Assembly (NCBI GenBank): GCA_963713045.1 | Contig: CAVQKE010000007.1 | Coordinates: forward strand, 64,001-128,000 | Direction of reading: 5' to 3' | Length of the DNA stretch: 64,000 nt | Source of the DNA: an uncultured delta proteobacterium | Lineage (GTDB): Bacteria > Myxococcota > Myxococcia > Myxococcales > Myxococcaceae | The notes under the pieces: generated by a model | What the model was told of the DNA's origin: nothing | Database searches by the model: none | What the model saw: the letters and a program-made list of their open reading frames with translations, nothing else | Program-made: the position numbers and the translations under genes | Part shown: piece after piece, positions 11,020 to 20,425 of the stretch | How positions within the stretch are numbered: position 1 is the first letter of the stretch | Layout of the letters: each line of letters starts with the position of its first letter

Positions 11020-11272
11020 CTTCAGGAGCAGACCATCGAGTTTGACTGGAAGCAGGCCGAGCTTCGGGCAGCCGGAGCTGCAGCTGACGCTGTAGCCCGA
11101 AGGCAAGATCAAGGTGCGCCTCGATCTCCTCGGCGAGCATCCCGCCCGCTCGCACAAGCTGCCCACCGACTATGCCATCCAGCGCGGAGGCACGATCCTC
11201 GTCGGAGCCTGGCTCGACCCGATGACGAGAAGGGGGCGAACAACTGCTCATCGCGGTCACCAGGAAATCGAG
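11020..11272 (+). pseudogene. 3' remnant of a hypothetical gene truncated by the IS110 copy
   Basis: Coding-like fragments in shifting frames (EQTIEFDWKQ..., KIKVRLDLLGEHP...TDYAIQRGGTILVG) with an internal stop. Confidence 0.35.
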
Positions 11273-11316
11273 ACGGTGTAGAGTCCGCGCCGTTCTTCTT
11301 CCCGGAGCTTGAAAAG

Positions 11317-12056
11317 ATGCGCTTCGTTCTGCTGCTCGCCCTCCTCGCGCCCGTCGCCGCGCTCGCGGCTGATCCGCGCCAAACCAGACACGACCGACGA
11401 CGATAAGTCGCTCTACGGCATGGGCTACATCGTCGGCTTGCGCAACCTCGAGGAGCTCGGTCTCAACGCCGCGCGAGCTCAAGATCGTCGAAGAGGGCAT
11501 CAGCGACGCGGTCACGGGCAAGAAGGCCAAGGTCGACGTCGACACGCAGATGGCGAAGATCATCGCCTTCGCCAAGGGGCGGGCGAGCGCGGGGGTGGAC
11601 AGGGAGAAAGCAGCGGGCCTCGAGTTCGCCGAGAAGGCCGCGAAAGAGCCAGGGGCGGTCAAGGTCCCGGTCGAGGGCGAGGGCTTCTTGGTCTACAGGA
11701 CGATTACACCCGGCACCGGCGCTACCCCGGCCCCCACCGATACCGTCTATATCGACTACGAGGGCAAGCTTACTAACGGCAACGTCTTCGACAGCTCGTA
11801 CAAGCGCCGCCTGCCGGCGGAGTTCGTGTTGAAGCAGGGCATCAAGTGCTGGACGCTCGGCGTGGCCAAGATGAAGGTCGGCGAGAAGGCGCAGATTACT
11901 TGCCCGTCCGACGTCGCGTATGGCGATGGGGGCCAGCCGCCGAACATCCGTGGCGGCGCGACGCTGGTGTTCACCGTCGAGCTGCGCTCCATCAAGTCCA
12001 TCAAGGGGCGTGAGCCTGCGGCACCCCAACGTCTGCAGCGCGCGGGCGAAAACTAG
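11317..12056 (+). CDS. FKBP-type peptidyl-prolyl isomerase (FkpA/Mip-like), frameshifted in its 5' part
   Basis: Signal peptide MRFVLLLALLAPVAALAAD, DDDKSLYGMG in a second frame, FKBP domain YEGKLTNGNVFDSS...IKCWTLG..MKVGEKAQITCPSDVAYG in a third. Confidence 0.85.
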
Positions 12057-12215
12057 ACTTCGTATATTCTTTGGGCACGCGGAAGAGGAAGGCGTGCTCG
12101 CGACGTCGAATGGCGCGTTCGGCAGGCTGCGCACACGCTTAGCGCCCTATACCGTGGTAGGAAGAATAAAAGGAAAGAACGAGCCGAAGCAATAAAGAGT
12201 TAGGGGCCCGCGAGC

Positions 12216-12839
12216 ATGAGCTTCCAGACCAGACGCGTGACGCTTATTTCAATCGCACTGATTTCGGCTGGCGTTGTTGGCTACTTAAGTTTTAATACGT
12301 TGTCGCCTTGTATCGGATTCGGACACCCCAAGTACTGGCTGTATTGCAAGGGCCAATGCACGAACACGAACACGGACCCTGGTAACTGTGGAACATGCGA
12401 GAATCAATGCACGAGTGGAGCATGCAGCAACGGCCAGTGCCAATGTCCCAGCGGCCAAACGCTCTGCAATGGCGCCTGCGTAAACACGAGCACGGACTCA
12501 AAAAATTGCGGAACGTGCGGCAAGGTTTGCGGGACGGCTTATACCTTAGCTACTACGTGTAGTGCCGGCGTTTGCGGGACCACTCGTCCCTCCACCCAAC
12601 AGAATTGCGGCGCTCAGGCCCTTTATGGATGCTGCCCAGCGGCTCCGAGTACGACGAGGTTTTGTACTTGCGCGCAAGGGCCGACCCACGACTGTTCAAG
12701 CGGATGGTGGGCTTGCGGAGTCGGGCAAACACTTCAAGGGCCTCCAATGGCTTGTCAACCGTTTCAACCATTTGGTGGTCCTGCTTTGATATCCCCACCT
12801 CCAGCAATGTGCCTGGGTGCACCTAACGAAGCACCTTGA
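12216..12839 (+). CDS. Membrane-anchored or secreted Cys-rich repeat protein (STIG1/MXAN_6577-like)
   Basis: N-terminal hydrophobic segment; two C.G.C.NT.TD..NCGTC...C repeats; visibly lower GC than flanks. Confidence 0.75.
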   Translation: MSFQTRRVTLISIALISAGVVGYLSFNTLSPCIGFGHPKYWLYCKGQCTNTNTDPGNCGTCENQCTSGACSNGQCQCPSGQTLCNGACVNTSTDSKNCGTCGKVCGTAYTLATTCSAGVCGTTRPSTQQNCGAQALYGCCPAAPSTTRFCTCAQGPTHDCSSGWWACGVGQTLQGPPMACQPFQPFGGPALISPPPAMCLGAPNEAP

Positions 12840-13093
12840 CCGCGTTGACCGCGCTGGGGGCTGTCGATGGTTGAGCATTCTCTACCGAGCGGGAAATCAG
12901 AAGGCGGGGGACTTTCCTGTGCCGCGGTGAATGTTTCAGTGAGGGGTCATTTTCCGCGGTGTGTCTCGCTGCAAGGAAAGGGGCGCCCCGCACCGGGCCT
13001 GACCAGGCGTGTCTGTTCTGGCACGTGCTTTGCCGGGAGGTGTGACCAACCTCAAAGGCTGCTCGTGGGGACCGCGCAGGCGGCTTTACTTCG

Positions 13094-14908
13094 TTAGTGC
13101 GGTGGCAGCGGCGTCTCCGCGCCGGCAAGCTCCGAATAGACGATGAATTTGAACGGGCTGAACTGATTCTTCGCACGGAGCCCCTGCAGAGCCCGCATGC
13201 GAAGTGCGATGAGCGCCGCGTCCTTAGGATGCGCTGCGAGTGCCAAGTCCGCGATTTTGAGGGACATGGCGAGGTCTCCCCTGTCGGCAAGGCTTGTCAC
13301 CGCATGCGCAAACACATGCGCGTCTCCGCCAGCTATCAGGTCGAGTGCGGCCGCCTCCTCATGGCGTGAAAACACTGCGATGCCCTCGCCGTCTGGCTTC
13401 CAGTAACCAGTGTACTGTGCATACAGACGCTTAATGGCGTTTTCCCGCATCAGGAGAAAGGGAGTCACCGCGTTGGGGTATGCCTCTAACTCTGACGGAA
13501 CGAGATTTCGTGCGAGTGCATCGGCGAGCGGGGCGCCCTCCCTCAGGGCTTTCCGGACGTCACGCTCGAGCACGTGCAGACTCAGCTCCAACGGCTCCAG
13601 GACAGCCACCGTAAAATTCTCGGTGAGCGGAGGGTGGCCATGTATCAGGAGGGTCGGCTTTAGCGAGCGGAGCAGCGCGATGGTGTCCAGGAGGCCCTCC
13701 ACCGAGCCCTCGGCGACGAAGGGCGCGCCGAAGTAAGGCATGAAGGCATCGCCCACGAAGACTACGCCCTGGTCGGGCAACTGGATTAGGAGCGCGTCAT
13801 CTGTCTCGCCGCCGTGGACCGGATAGAGCGTGAAGCGCGTCCCGCCAATCAGGAGGGTCTCGGTCTTGGCAATGAGATGGGTGGGTTTGACCTCGAGCTG
13901 GCCGGGCGTGCCCTCGCCAAAGAAGTCATGGAAGGTAAAAGGGGTTGCATTCGAGCGCTCCAATTCGTCGGCGAAGCGAGCCTGGGCGATGACCTCGGTG
14001 TTTGGCCCGGCCAGCGCGCGTAGACCGCCCACGTGGTCCCAGTGCGCGTGGGTCAGGATAATCGTCCGAATCGGCCTGTCGCTCACCTTGCGGAGCGCGG
14101 CCAAAGCGGCACGGGCGTTGGCTTCGCTCGTCCCTGCATCGATGGCGACTACCTCATCGTTCGTGAGGACAAAGCCGATGTCCGCGAAGTCATATCCCTG
14201 GGCGACGTAAACGCCAGGAGCCATCTTCACCAGCGCTGGTGCGGCGAAGCGGAAACCGTCACGCGCATTGACTGCGAAGTCGGTGAGAAGCAGCGGCGCA
14301 TTCGGTCCCCCCTGCCCGCCCGCCTGCTCCTGCGCCTTGCTGGCCGCGTCGGGCCTTCCGAGCTGCCGGTAGGCACTCGCGAGCCCGGCGTAGGCGCCGC
14401 GGCGGAGCCCAGGCGGAAACTCCTTTTCATGAGCAAGCATCCACTCGAGATCCTCCGTGGCCTGCTGCGCCCGGCCGAAACGGTCTGGGAGCTGGGCCGA
14501 GACGATTCCCCGGAAGTAGCGCGATAGTCCGTCAGCAGCTGCGGCCCAATCCATCCGCGCCATGGCCTCCTTTACCCAGGCAACCCGCTGAAAGAGGGCG
14601 ACCGTGGGCGCCATCCGCGCCTGAAACAACCCGCACAGCGCAGCGAAAAGCGGCCGGTCGGGCACCCTGGCGGCCCGCTCGCAAAAGTACGCGTACCCGT
14701 CGCTGTCACGCCCAGTCGCCAAATATTGGTTCGCGAGTCCGGCTACGGTGGCCGTTGCGGGATTCCTGAAACGGACCGCCTGCTCGAACGCCTCGAGGTC
14801 GAGGTCTCTGGTGAGCTTCGCGGGCGGCGCCGGGTGGCCGCATCCGGCCACCGCCAAGAGAAGGACCACCAGTCCGCAGAACATCTTCGTGCTGTTGCGC
14901 GCTTCCAT
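13094..14908 (-). CDS. Lipoprotein with TPR-like N-terminus and MBL-fold metallo-hydrolase (alkylsulfatase-like)
   Basis: Lipobox LAVAGC; THAHWDHVGG; GGETDD; FVGD; LIHGH. Confidence 0.85.
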   Translation of the reverse strand: MEARNSTKMFCGLVVLLLAVAGCGHPAPPAKLTRDLDLEAFEQAVRFRNPATATVAGLANQYLATGRDSDGYAYFCERAARVPDRPLFAALCGLFQARMAPTVALFQRVAWVKEAMARMDWAAAADGLSRYFRGIVSAQLPDRFGRAQQATEDLEWMLAHEKEFPPGLRRGAYAGLASAYRQLGRPDAASKAQEQAGGQGGPNAPLLLTDFAVNARDGFRFAAPALVKMAPGVYVAQGYDFADIGFVLTNDEVVAIDAGTSEANARAALAALRKVSDRPIRTIILTHAHWDHVGGLRALAGPNTEVIAQARFADELERSNATPFTFHDFFGEGTPGQLEVKPTHLIAKTETLLIGGTRFTLYPVHGGETDDALLIQLPDQGVVFVGDAFMPYFGAPFVAEGSVEGLLDTIALLRSLKPTLLIHGHPPLTENFTVAVLEPLELSLHVLERDVRKALREGAPLADALARNLVPSELEAYPNAVTPFLLMRENAIKRLYAQYTGYWKPDGEGIAVFSRHEEAAALDLIAGGDAHVFAHAVTSLADRGDLAMSLKIADLALAAHPKDAALIALRMRALQGLRAKNQFSPFKFIVYSELAGAETPLPPH

Positions 14909-14926
14909 ACTCTACCTCCACCATGA

Positions 14927-14938
14927 GTGTATATACAC
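14927..14938. promoter_or_regulatory. Perfect palindrome GTGTATATACAC, putative MarR operator 1
   Basis: Just upstream of the MBL hydrolase start; identical copy at 15430-15441. Confidence 0.75.
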
Positions 14939-14963
14939 CTTAGTTGCCAAAAAAAATGCCTTG

Positions 14964-15425
14964 CTAGCCTTCCACCCTCAGGTTGCTCGCGGCGTTGAGG
15001 CCGGCCAGGAGTTCGTGCCAACGCTTTGTCCCGAGGCCGCTGACGACGTGTCTCTGAGCCTTCTCCCAGAGGGGAATCGCTCGCGCCAGTGCGCGCTGCC
15101 CCTCGTCCGTGAGGCGGAGAAGCCGTACCCGTTGGTCCGGTCCTGGACTGCTCGTGACGAGGCCGTCCCGCTCGAGGGGCCGCAGGTTGCGGGTGAGGGT
15201 TGTTCGCTCCAGTCCCAGCCGATCGGCGAGGCGCAACAGGGGCACCTGCCCGAAGAGAGAAAGAGCCACCAGGACATTAAACTGGGTTCCGCGGAGCCCA
15301 GCGGAAGCGATGGTGTGGTCGTGAATGCGGCTGATGGCCCTCGCCGCGCGACGGAGCTGGGAGGCCGTGCACTCGGTGGAAACTCGGACACACTTGGCCC
15401 GAAGCGAATCAACTGGCGAAGTCAT
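14964..15425 (-). CDS. MarR-family transcriptional regulator
   Basis: C...LRRAARAISRIHD, GLRGTQFNVL, LERTTLTRNLRPLERDGLV, DQRVR..LTDEG. Confidence 0.93.
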   Translation of the reverse strand: MTSPVDSLRAKCVRVSTECTASQLRRAARAISRIHDHTIASAGLRGTQFNVLVALSLFGQVPLLRLADRLGLERTTLTRNLRPLERDGLVTSSPGPDQRVRLLRLTDEGQRALARAIPLWEKAQRHVVSGLGTKRWHELLAGLNAASNLRVEG

Positions 15426-15429
15426 GGTC

Positions 15430-15441
15430 GTGTATATACAC
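15430..15441. promoter_or_regulatory. Perfect palindrome GTGTATATACAC, putative MarR autoregulatory operator
   Basis: Ends 4 bp upstream of the marR ATG; identical to 14927-14938. Confidence 0.75.
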
Positions 15442-15616
15442 CTATCGTGAGCGGAATCAAACCAAAACTCCGTGGGGGCTCAATAGACTCGGTTCCTCGC
15501 GAAACCATGGATGATTCGACCAATTGGCCGCCGCCGACACTCAGCAGGTGGCTGAGACCAGCGTCACTTCCACCGCCCGTCCAGCTTAGGCGGTCAATCT
15601 CTGGGGCGGCCCGGCT

Positions 15617-16936
15617 TCAGGGCTGACGCGCTGATGCCCCAAGGTACGTGGTACTGGTCGGCCCGAAACCGGTGATGTCGACGACTGCGGCCACGTCCTT
15701 CGTCAGGGCGAAATGCGCCACGCTCGCCGGCTCGGTGTAGAAGCTTCCCGCCGGCAGCGGTTTCAGCGCTGCATCGTCGAGCCGCTTGCCGTAGCCGAAG
15801 TACCAGATGCCGGAGACCACCGTCACGGCCCGGTTGTCCTGATGGGTGTGCGCCTGAATCCGGGTGTTGGCCGGAACGGTGAGCCGAATGGTGTAGAGGC
15901 CAGGCGCCTTTGGGTCGCCAAAAAGCACCGTCGTTTGAATGCCCGTGACGCCTGACGTTCCGGCGCCGGCTTCATGCGTGGCCAACTCGGAGATGTCGCC
16001 AGGCGTCAGGCGACGCGCCGGGTCGCCCTGGTCGAGAAACGCCCGGATGGCCGATACCGTGGCGGCCGGCTGCTCCTCCATCAGCCAGTGCCCAGAATTC
16101 GGGATGACCATCTCTTGGACGGAGGTAGCGACGGCGCGCATGACCACCGCCATGGTTGGGCCAAACGACTGTTGCCCGCCAATGGCGAGCACCGGCATCG
16201 TCAGCTTTCCCCGGGACAGAAAAGCCTGATTGTCACGTGCGTCTTGGTCGAAGGCCGCAAATTGCGCGAAGCCCGCGTGCATGGCGCCGGGCATTGCATA
16301 GAGCTTGGCGTAATGAGCACGGGACACTTCGCTGAAGCGTCTTGGGTCGGCCGAGAACTCGTTCCAGAAGCGGTCGAGGTAGATGCGCTCCCTGCCTGCG
16401 ACGAGTCGCTCGGCGTCGGGGCCGCCGAACGAGAAGTGCCACAATGCCTTGCTTCGGACCAATTCGTCCCAAGGTCCGATGCCCGGAAGTGGCGCGTCCA
16501 TGATGACAAAGCGGCTAACGCGTCCGGGGTATTCGGCGGCGAAGGCATACCCGACCATGTTGCCGATATCGTGCGTGACCAGGTCGACTCGCTCGATTTG
16601 GAGCGCGTCGAGGACGAAGGCGATGTCTTGCGCCTGCGTCTTCTTGTCGTAACCGCCCGGGGGCCGGGAGGAGAGCCCGAGACCGCGCAGGTCGGGGATG
16701 ACCACTGTATGGTCGCGAACGAGATTGACGGCTAGCGGCGTCCACATGTCTCCAGTTTCGCCGTAGCCATGGAGCAGCAGGACGGCCGGGCCACGACCGC
16801 CAACCCTGACGTACAGCTTCGCCCCCGGCGTTGGAATCTCTTGGGTGTGGAAAGCCGGGGGCAGCGGTTGGACCTGCGCCCACACCGGCGCAGACACCAG
16901 CAAAAAGCACAGAACAGCAAATAGCGTGCGAAGCAT
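15617..16936 (-). CDS. Secreted alpha/beta hydrolase (epoxide hydrolase/dehalogenase-type) fused to a C-terminal cupin
   Basis: LLHGYG, DLRGLGLS, THDIG (Asp nucleophile), SGHWLMEE; then GDPKAPGLYTIRL, AHTHQD, GSFYTEP...HFA. Confidence 0.88.
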   Translation of the reverse strand: MLRTLFAVLCFLLVSAPVWAQVQPLPPAFHTQEIPTPGAKLYVRVGGRGPAVLLLHGYGETGDMWTPLAVNLVRDHTVVIPDLRGLGLSSRPPGGYDKKTQAQDIAFVLDALQIERVDLVTHDIGNMVGYAFAAEYPGRVSRFVIMDAPLPGIGPWDELVRSKALWHFSFGGPDAERLVAGRERIYLDRFWNEFSADPRRFSEVSRAHYAKLYAMPGAMHAGFAQFAAFDQDARDNQAFLSRGKLTMPVLAIGGQQSFGPTMAVVMRAVATSVQEMVIPNSGHWLMEEQPAATVSAIRAFLDQGDPARRLTPGDISELATHEAGAGTSGVTGIQTTVLFGDPKAPGLYTIRLTVPANTRIQAHTHQDNRAVTVVSGIWYFGYGKRLDDAALKPLPAGSFYTEPASVAHFALTKDVAAVVDITGFGPTSTTYLGASARQP

Positions 16937-17070
16937 GCCCGTCTCCTAGCCGGCAGTGCCGTGGAAGTAGCGGGCCAGTGCCGAGCCGTTCGAAGTAGCA
17001 CTGTGACGGCGCGCTGTCGCTGGTGTCTGGGGCGGGAAGGCTCGAAGCTGGTTTCCGGAAATACCGAACG

Positions 17071-18003
17071 ATGATGAAGCTCGAGGGAATCAGCACCTTC
17101 GTCGCGGTGGCAGAGTCGGGCTCGCTCAGCGAAGCAGCGCGACGCCTGCGCATCTCCAAGTCGGTCGTGAGCGAACGGCTCGCATGGCTGGAGCGCACTC
17201 TGGGGGCGAGACTCTTGCAGCGAAGCACCCGCCGGATGTCCCTCACCGAAGACGGGACTCGGTTTCTCGAGCGAGCACGTCACATTGTCCAGGGCGTCAC
17301 CGACGCGGCAGACGAGATTTCCGAGGGCCATCGGGCCCTGTCAGGCCCCCTCCGCCTCTCGGCCCCCGTCAGCTTCGGCACCCTACACTTGGCAGCGGCG
17401 CTGTTTCCCTTCTTACGGAAGAACCCCGGCATCGAACTCACCCTCGACCTGGATGACCGCTTTGTTGAAGCCGCCGCCGCCGGCTACGACGCGGTCATCC
17501 GCCACGGACCGGTCCGCGACAGCCGGTTGGTTGTCAGGCGGTTGGCGCCGAGTCGGCGGGCTCTGGTCGCGGCCCCTGCCTACCTCGAAACGCACGGGAA
17601 TCCGGGCAGCATTGCGCAGCTACAAGGGCACCGGGCCATTCTCTACACGCTCCGCGGCGCGGCCGACTGGCGCTTCGCCATGCGAAGGGGGAAACACCAA
17701 AGCGTGGTGTTCCGGCCCGAGACGGGCCTCCGCCTCAACAATGGCATCCTCATGCGGGACGCCGCCATCGCCGGCCTGGGCATTGCGCTATTGCCGACGT
17801 TTCTAGTCTCCGCCCCCCTGGCAAGCGGGCAACTCCGCACCATTGACGTCGGGGTCGAGCCCGAGGGCGCCGTCCTTTACATTGCGTACCCCAAAAATCG
17901 ACGTCCTTCAGCCAAGGTTTCTGAGCTGACGGCTTCGCTGCGTCTCGCCTTTGGGGACCCGCCCTATTGGGACAGGGAAGTGGTGCTACCTCACAGGTCA
18001 TAG
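17071..18003 (+). CDS. LysR-family transcriptional regulator (CrgA-like)
   Basis: FVAVAESGSLSEAARRL, LGARLLQRSTRRMSLTEDG, AAIAGLGIALLP; divergent from the hydrolase-cupin gene. Confidence 0.95.
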   Translation: MMKLEGISTFVAVAESGSLSEAARRLRISKSVVSERLAWLERTLGARLLQRSTRRMSLTEDGTRFLERARHIVQGVTDAADEISEGHRALSGPLRLSAPVSFGTLHLAAALFPFLRKNPGIELTLDLDDRFVEAAAAGYDAVIRHGPVRDSRLVVRRLAPSRRALVAAPAYLETHGNPGSIAQLQGHRAILYTLRGAADWRFAMRRGKHQSVVFRPETGLRLNNGILMRDAAIAGLGIALLPTFLVSAPLASGQLRTIDVGVEPEGAVLYIAYPKNRRPSAKVSELTASLRLAFGDPPYWDREVVLPHRS

Positions 18004-18255
18004 ACGCAATGACACGGGCTCAACAGCGAAGAGGTGGCTGGCTGCGACCTCTCCGGAAGGCGGAATCTCGCCGACGGGCTCCTTGACTTCTTCCGCACCG
18101 CTCCCGCGGTGCCCGCACGTTGCGGAGTTGCGTTGGGTCTCGATGGTCGTCTTGGAGGCGCCTTGAACATGTCTACTCATCCGCTCGAGATAATCGCGCA
18201 ACTCGCCAGGCTAAGGGCGCTCGCACCGGCTGTGGCGGCGCCTTATATTCGTTTC

Positions 18256-18867
18256 ATGAGCACAGTCACTCTGGAAGTCTTCGCCGACTACGTTTGACCA
18301 TGGTGCTATCTCAGTACGGTCCGTACTGAACGGTTGGTAAAGGCCTATGACCTGCGCCCGGTGCGCGTTCAGTTTCCGCTGCATCCCGATACGCCGCCGG
18401 GCGGCATCGCACTGACGGAACTGTTCGCTGGGCGCGGGCTCGACCTGAATGCGATGCACTCGCGCATGAAGTCGCTCATGGACGCCGAGGGGTTGCCGTA
18501 CGCGCGGCGCGAGCGCACGTACAATTCTCGACTCGCGCAGGAGCTAGGCAAGTGGGGCGAGCTCGCGGGCCGGCCGGCGATTCACGACGCGCTCTACCGC
18601 GCCTATTTCGTCGACGGTATTGATATTGGCAGCGTCGAGTCGTTGGTGGGGATTGCCGAGCGTATTGGCCTGCCGGCCGACGAGGCCCGACGCATCTTGA
18701 GCGAGCGCGCATTTCGCTCGGCGGTCGATCGGGATTGGGCGCACGCGCGCGCCCTGGGCGTCACCGGCGTCCCGACCTTCGTCGCCGGCGGCCACGGAGT
18801 CGTCGGCGCCCAACCGTACGAAGCGCTGGAGCAGCTGGTCCAACTCGCTGGCGCCAAGCGGCGCTGA
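18256..18867 (+). CDS. DsbA/FrnE-family oxidoreductase, probable selenoprotein (UPWC)
   Basis: MSTVTLEVFADYV-TGA(18295-18297)-PWCYL is in frame with ORF 18334..18867 (FPLHPDTP, YNSRLAQEL, GVTGVPTF, VVGAQPYE); the TGA occupies the first Cys of CPWC. Confidence 0.88.
18311..18329 (+). promoter_or_regulatory. Putative bacterial SECIS hairpin
   Basis: TCAGTACG-GTC-CGTACTGA, a perfect 8-bp stem starting 13 nt after the UGA, with GGUC at the apex. Confidence 0.7.
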
Positions 18868-18973
18868 CAGTTTGGCTGGCCGCCTCCTCAGCCGTGAAGT
18901 AGCGGTTCAACCCTGACGGTACGCTTTCTGACAGTCTTCGCGGAGATTCGTGTTGGGCAACGGAAACGGTCCA

Positions 18974-19252
18974 TCACCTACCCCGCCTCAACCGGGCGAT
19001 GGCCGTCCGAATCGCCATTAGGAAGGTCGCATCTATGCCACCACCATGTGCGCCGGTACGCCTCTCCAGTAGGTCTGCGAGGTCTTCGTCGGCCGTCCGG
19101 TCAAAAGCGGCAAGACCCGCCTCCCCGCTCGATGGGTGAACGAGCCGGCGGGCGTTCGCCGCTTCAGTTGCGGCGCAGCTTCCCGAATGCTCTTTGTCGA
19201 GCGCACACGTGACCCCGGGTAGTCCGCCGGGGATGGTTTTCCCGCATTCCAT
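18974..19252 (-). CDS. Small hypothetical protein with Cys/His motif
   Basis: ORF MECGKTIPG...TCALDKEHSGSC; no family recognised. Confidence 0.35.
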   Translation of the reverse strand: MECGKTIPGGLPGVTCALDKEHSGSCAATEAANARRLVHPSSGEAGLAAFDRTADEDLADLLERRTGAHGGGIDATFLMAIRTAIARLRRGR

Positions 19253-19668
19253 ATCGCCAGCACCCAAACAGCATAGTCATCGCCGCGCGAGGAACACTCC
19301 TGAGATCAGTTTAAGGGGGTTGCGCTCGTGCTGGCCCGGCCCCACCTTTCCGATGTCGGGAAGAGCGAAAGCAGCGGTGGCTAACGCGAAGGCCTGAGAG
19401 CAGGTGTCTCTTGGCCCACGGCCGCTCTCGCGCTACCCGACACAAAGTGCGCGGTAAGGTGCTGCATCAACTGGGACGAGCGCCTCAGGCCCCGCTCCAG
19501 CGCCTGTAATGAATTCTCGCGGGGAGCCGGGTGGGGGCATTTTGCGTTCGCGTCGCAGTTGGGCCCAAAGCCGCGCGCCACGCTCACCCCTCCCGGCTTC
19601 GTGACGCTCCGCTCGTGCTTTTCTGTGCGTCGCCCCCGGTTGAGAGGCATCACATCGAGCAGTTGTGG

Positions 19669-20235
19669 CTACGGGTGCTGCTTGGGACGGTTCAAGAGGC
19701 TGCAAGCCGTTACCGTCTTTGCAGGGTCCACCGCCTCTTGTCCCAGTTCGACGTGCTGGATGATGCCTTGCTTGTCGATAAGGAACGTCGCGCGTTGTGC
19801 CAATTCATAGCTGGTGTTCCCAACCTGCTTGTAGCGAACCGGAACTCCGTATTGCTGGAGTACCTTCCCATTCTGATCGCTCAAAAGTGGAAAGTGAACA
19901 TCAATTTGGCGGGCGAATGCAGCGTTCGCAGCTGGGCTATCGTTGCTGATTCCGAGAACTACGGTGTCTGATGCATCCAACTTTGGCCCATCAGCCTGAT
20001 AGGCTTTGAGTTGACTGCTTCAAGTGTCGGTAAAGGCGAGCACATAAAACACAACGACCACGTTTTTCTTCCCTTGAAAGTCGCTGAGTTTGACTTCCTT
20101 CCACTCGTTGCTGAGAAGTGTGAAGTCAGGTGCCCGATCTCCGACCGCCAGCAAGCGCCTCGCCGACGTCTCGGCGAGCACCGGCGAAGCGAAGGTCAGC
20201 GCGGCAACGGCACCAACGAGGCAACCAGCATTCAT
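19669..20235 (-). CDS. Secreted AhpC/TSA (BCP-like) peroxiredoxin, probable selenoprotein (TxxU)
   Basis: Signal peptide, VGDRAPDFTL, VVVFYVLAFTDT-TGA(20020-20022)-SSQLKAYQ continues in frame to VLGISND, FPLLSD, RATFLIDKQGII; the TGA sits at the peroxidatic Cys. Confidence 0.85.
19986..20004 (-). promoter_or_regulatory. Putative bacterial SECIS hairpin
   Basis: GCCTATCA-GGC-TGATGGGC, an 8-bp stem with one GU pair starting 15 nt after the UGA; G-initiated loop. Confidence 0.6.
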
Positions 20236-20425
20236 GGGCGACTCCCTCTCAAAGACGCAATCTTGGGTCTGCGCTAGAACTGTGCACGACCTTCGACTCT
20301 CGATGCAACCGTTGGCCTCGCGTTCTACGACACCCAGAGGCCGCGGGGTGTCGCAGGAAGTCCAAAAGTCGCGGCGCTGGCTCGTCGCCTCTGAGAAGGC
20401 GCCCGCTGCCGTCGGGCGCTCCGCA

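Noticed and set aside
12198..12877. Integron cassette around the Cys-rich gene (GTTAGGG before; ACCTAAC...GTTGAGC after)
   Set aside because: Inner L boxes pair poorly, there is no second attC and no integrase in the window.
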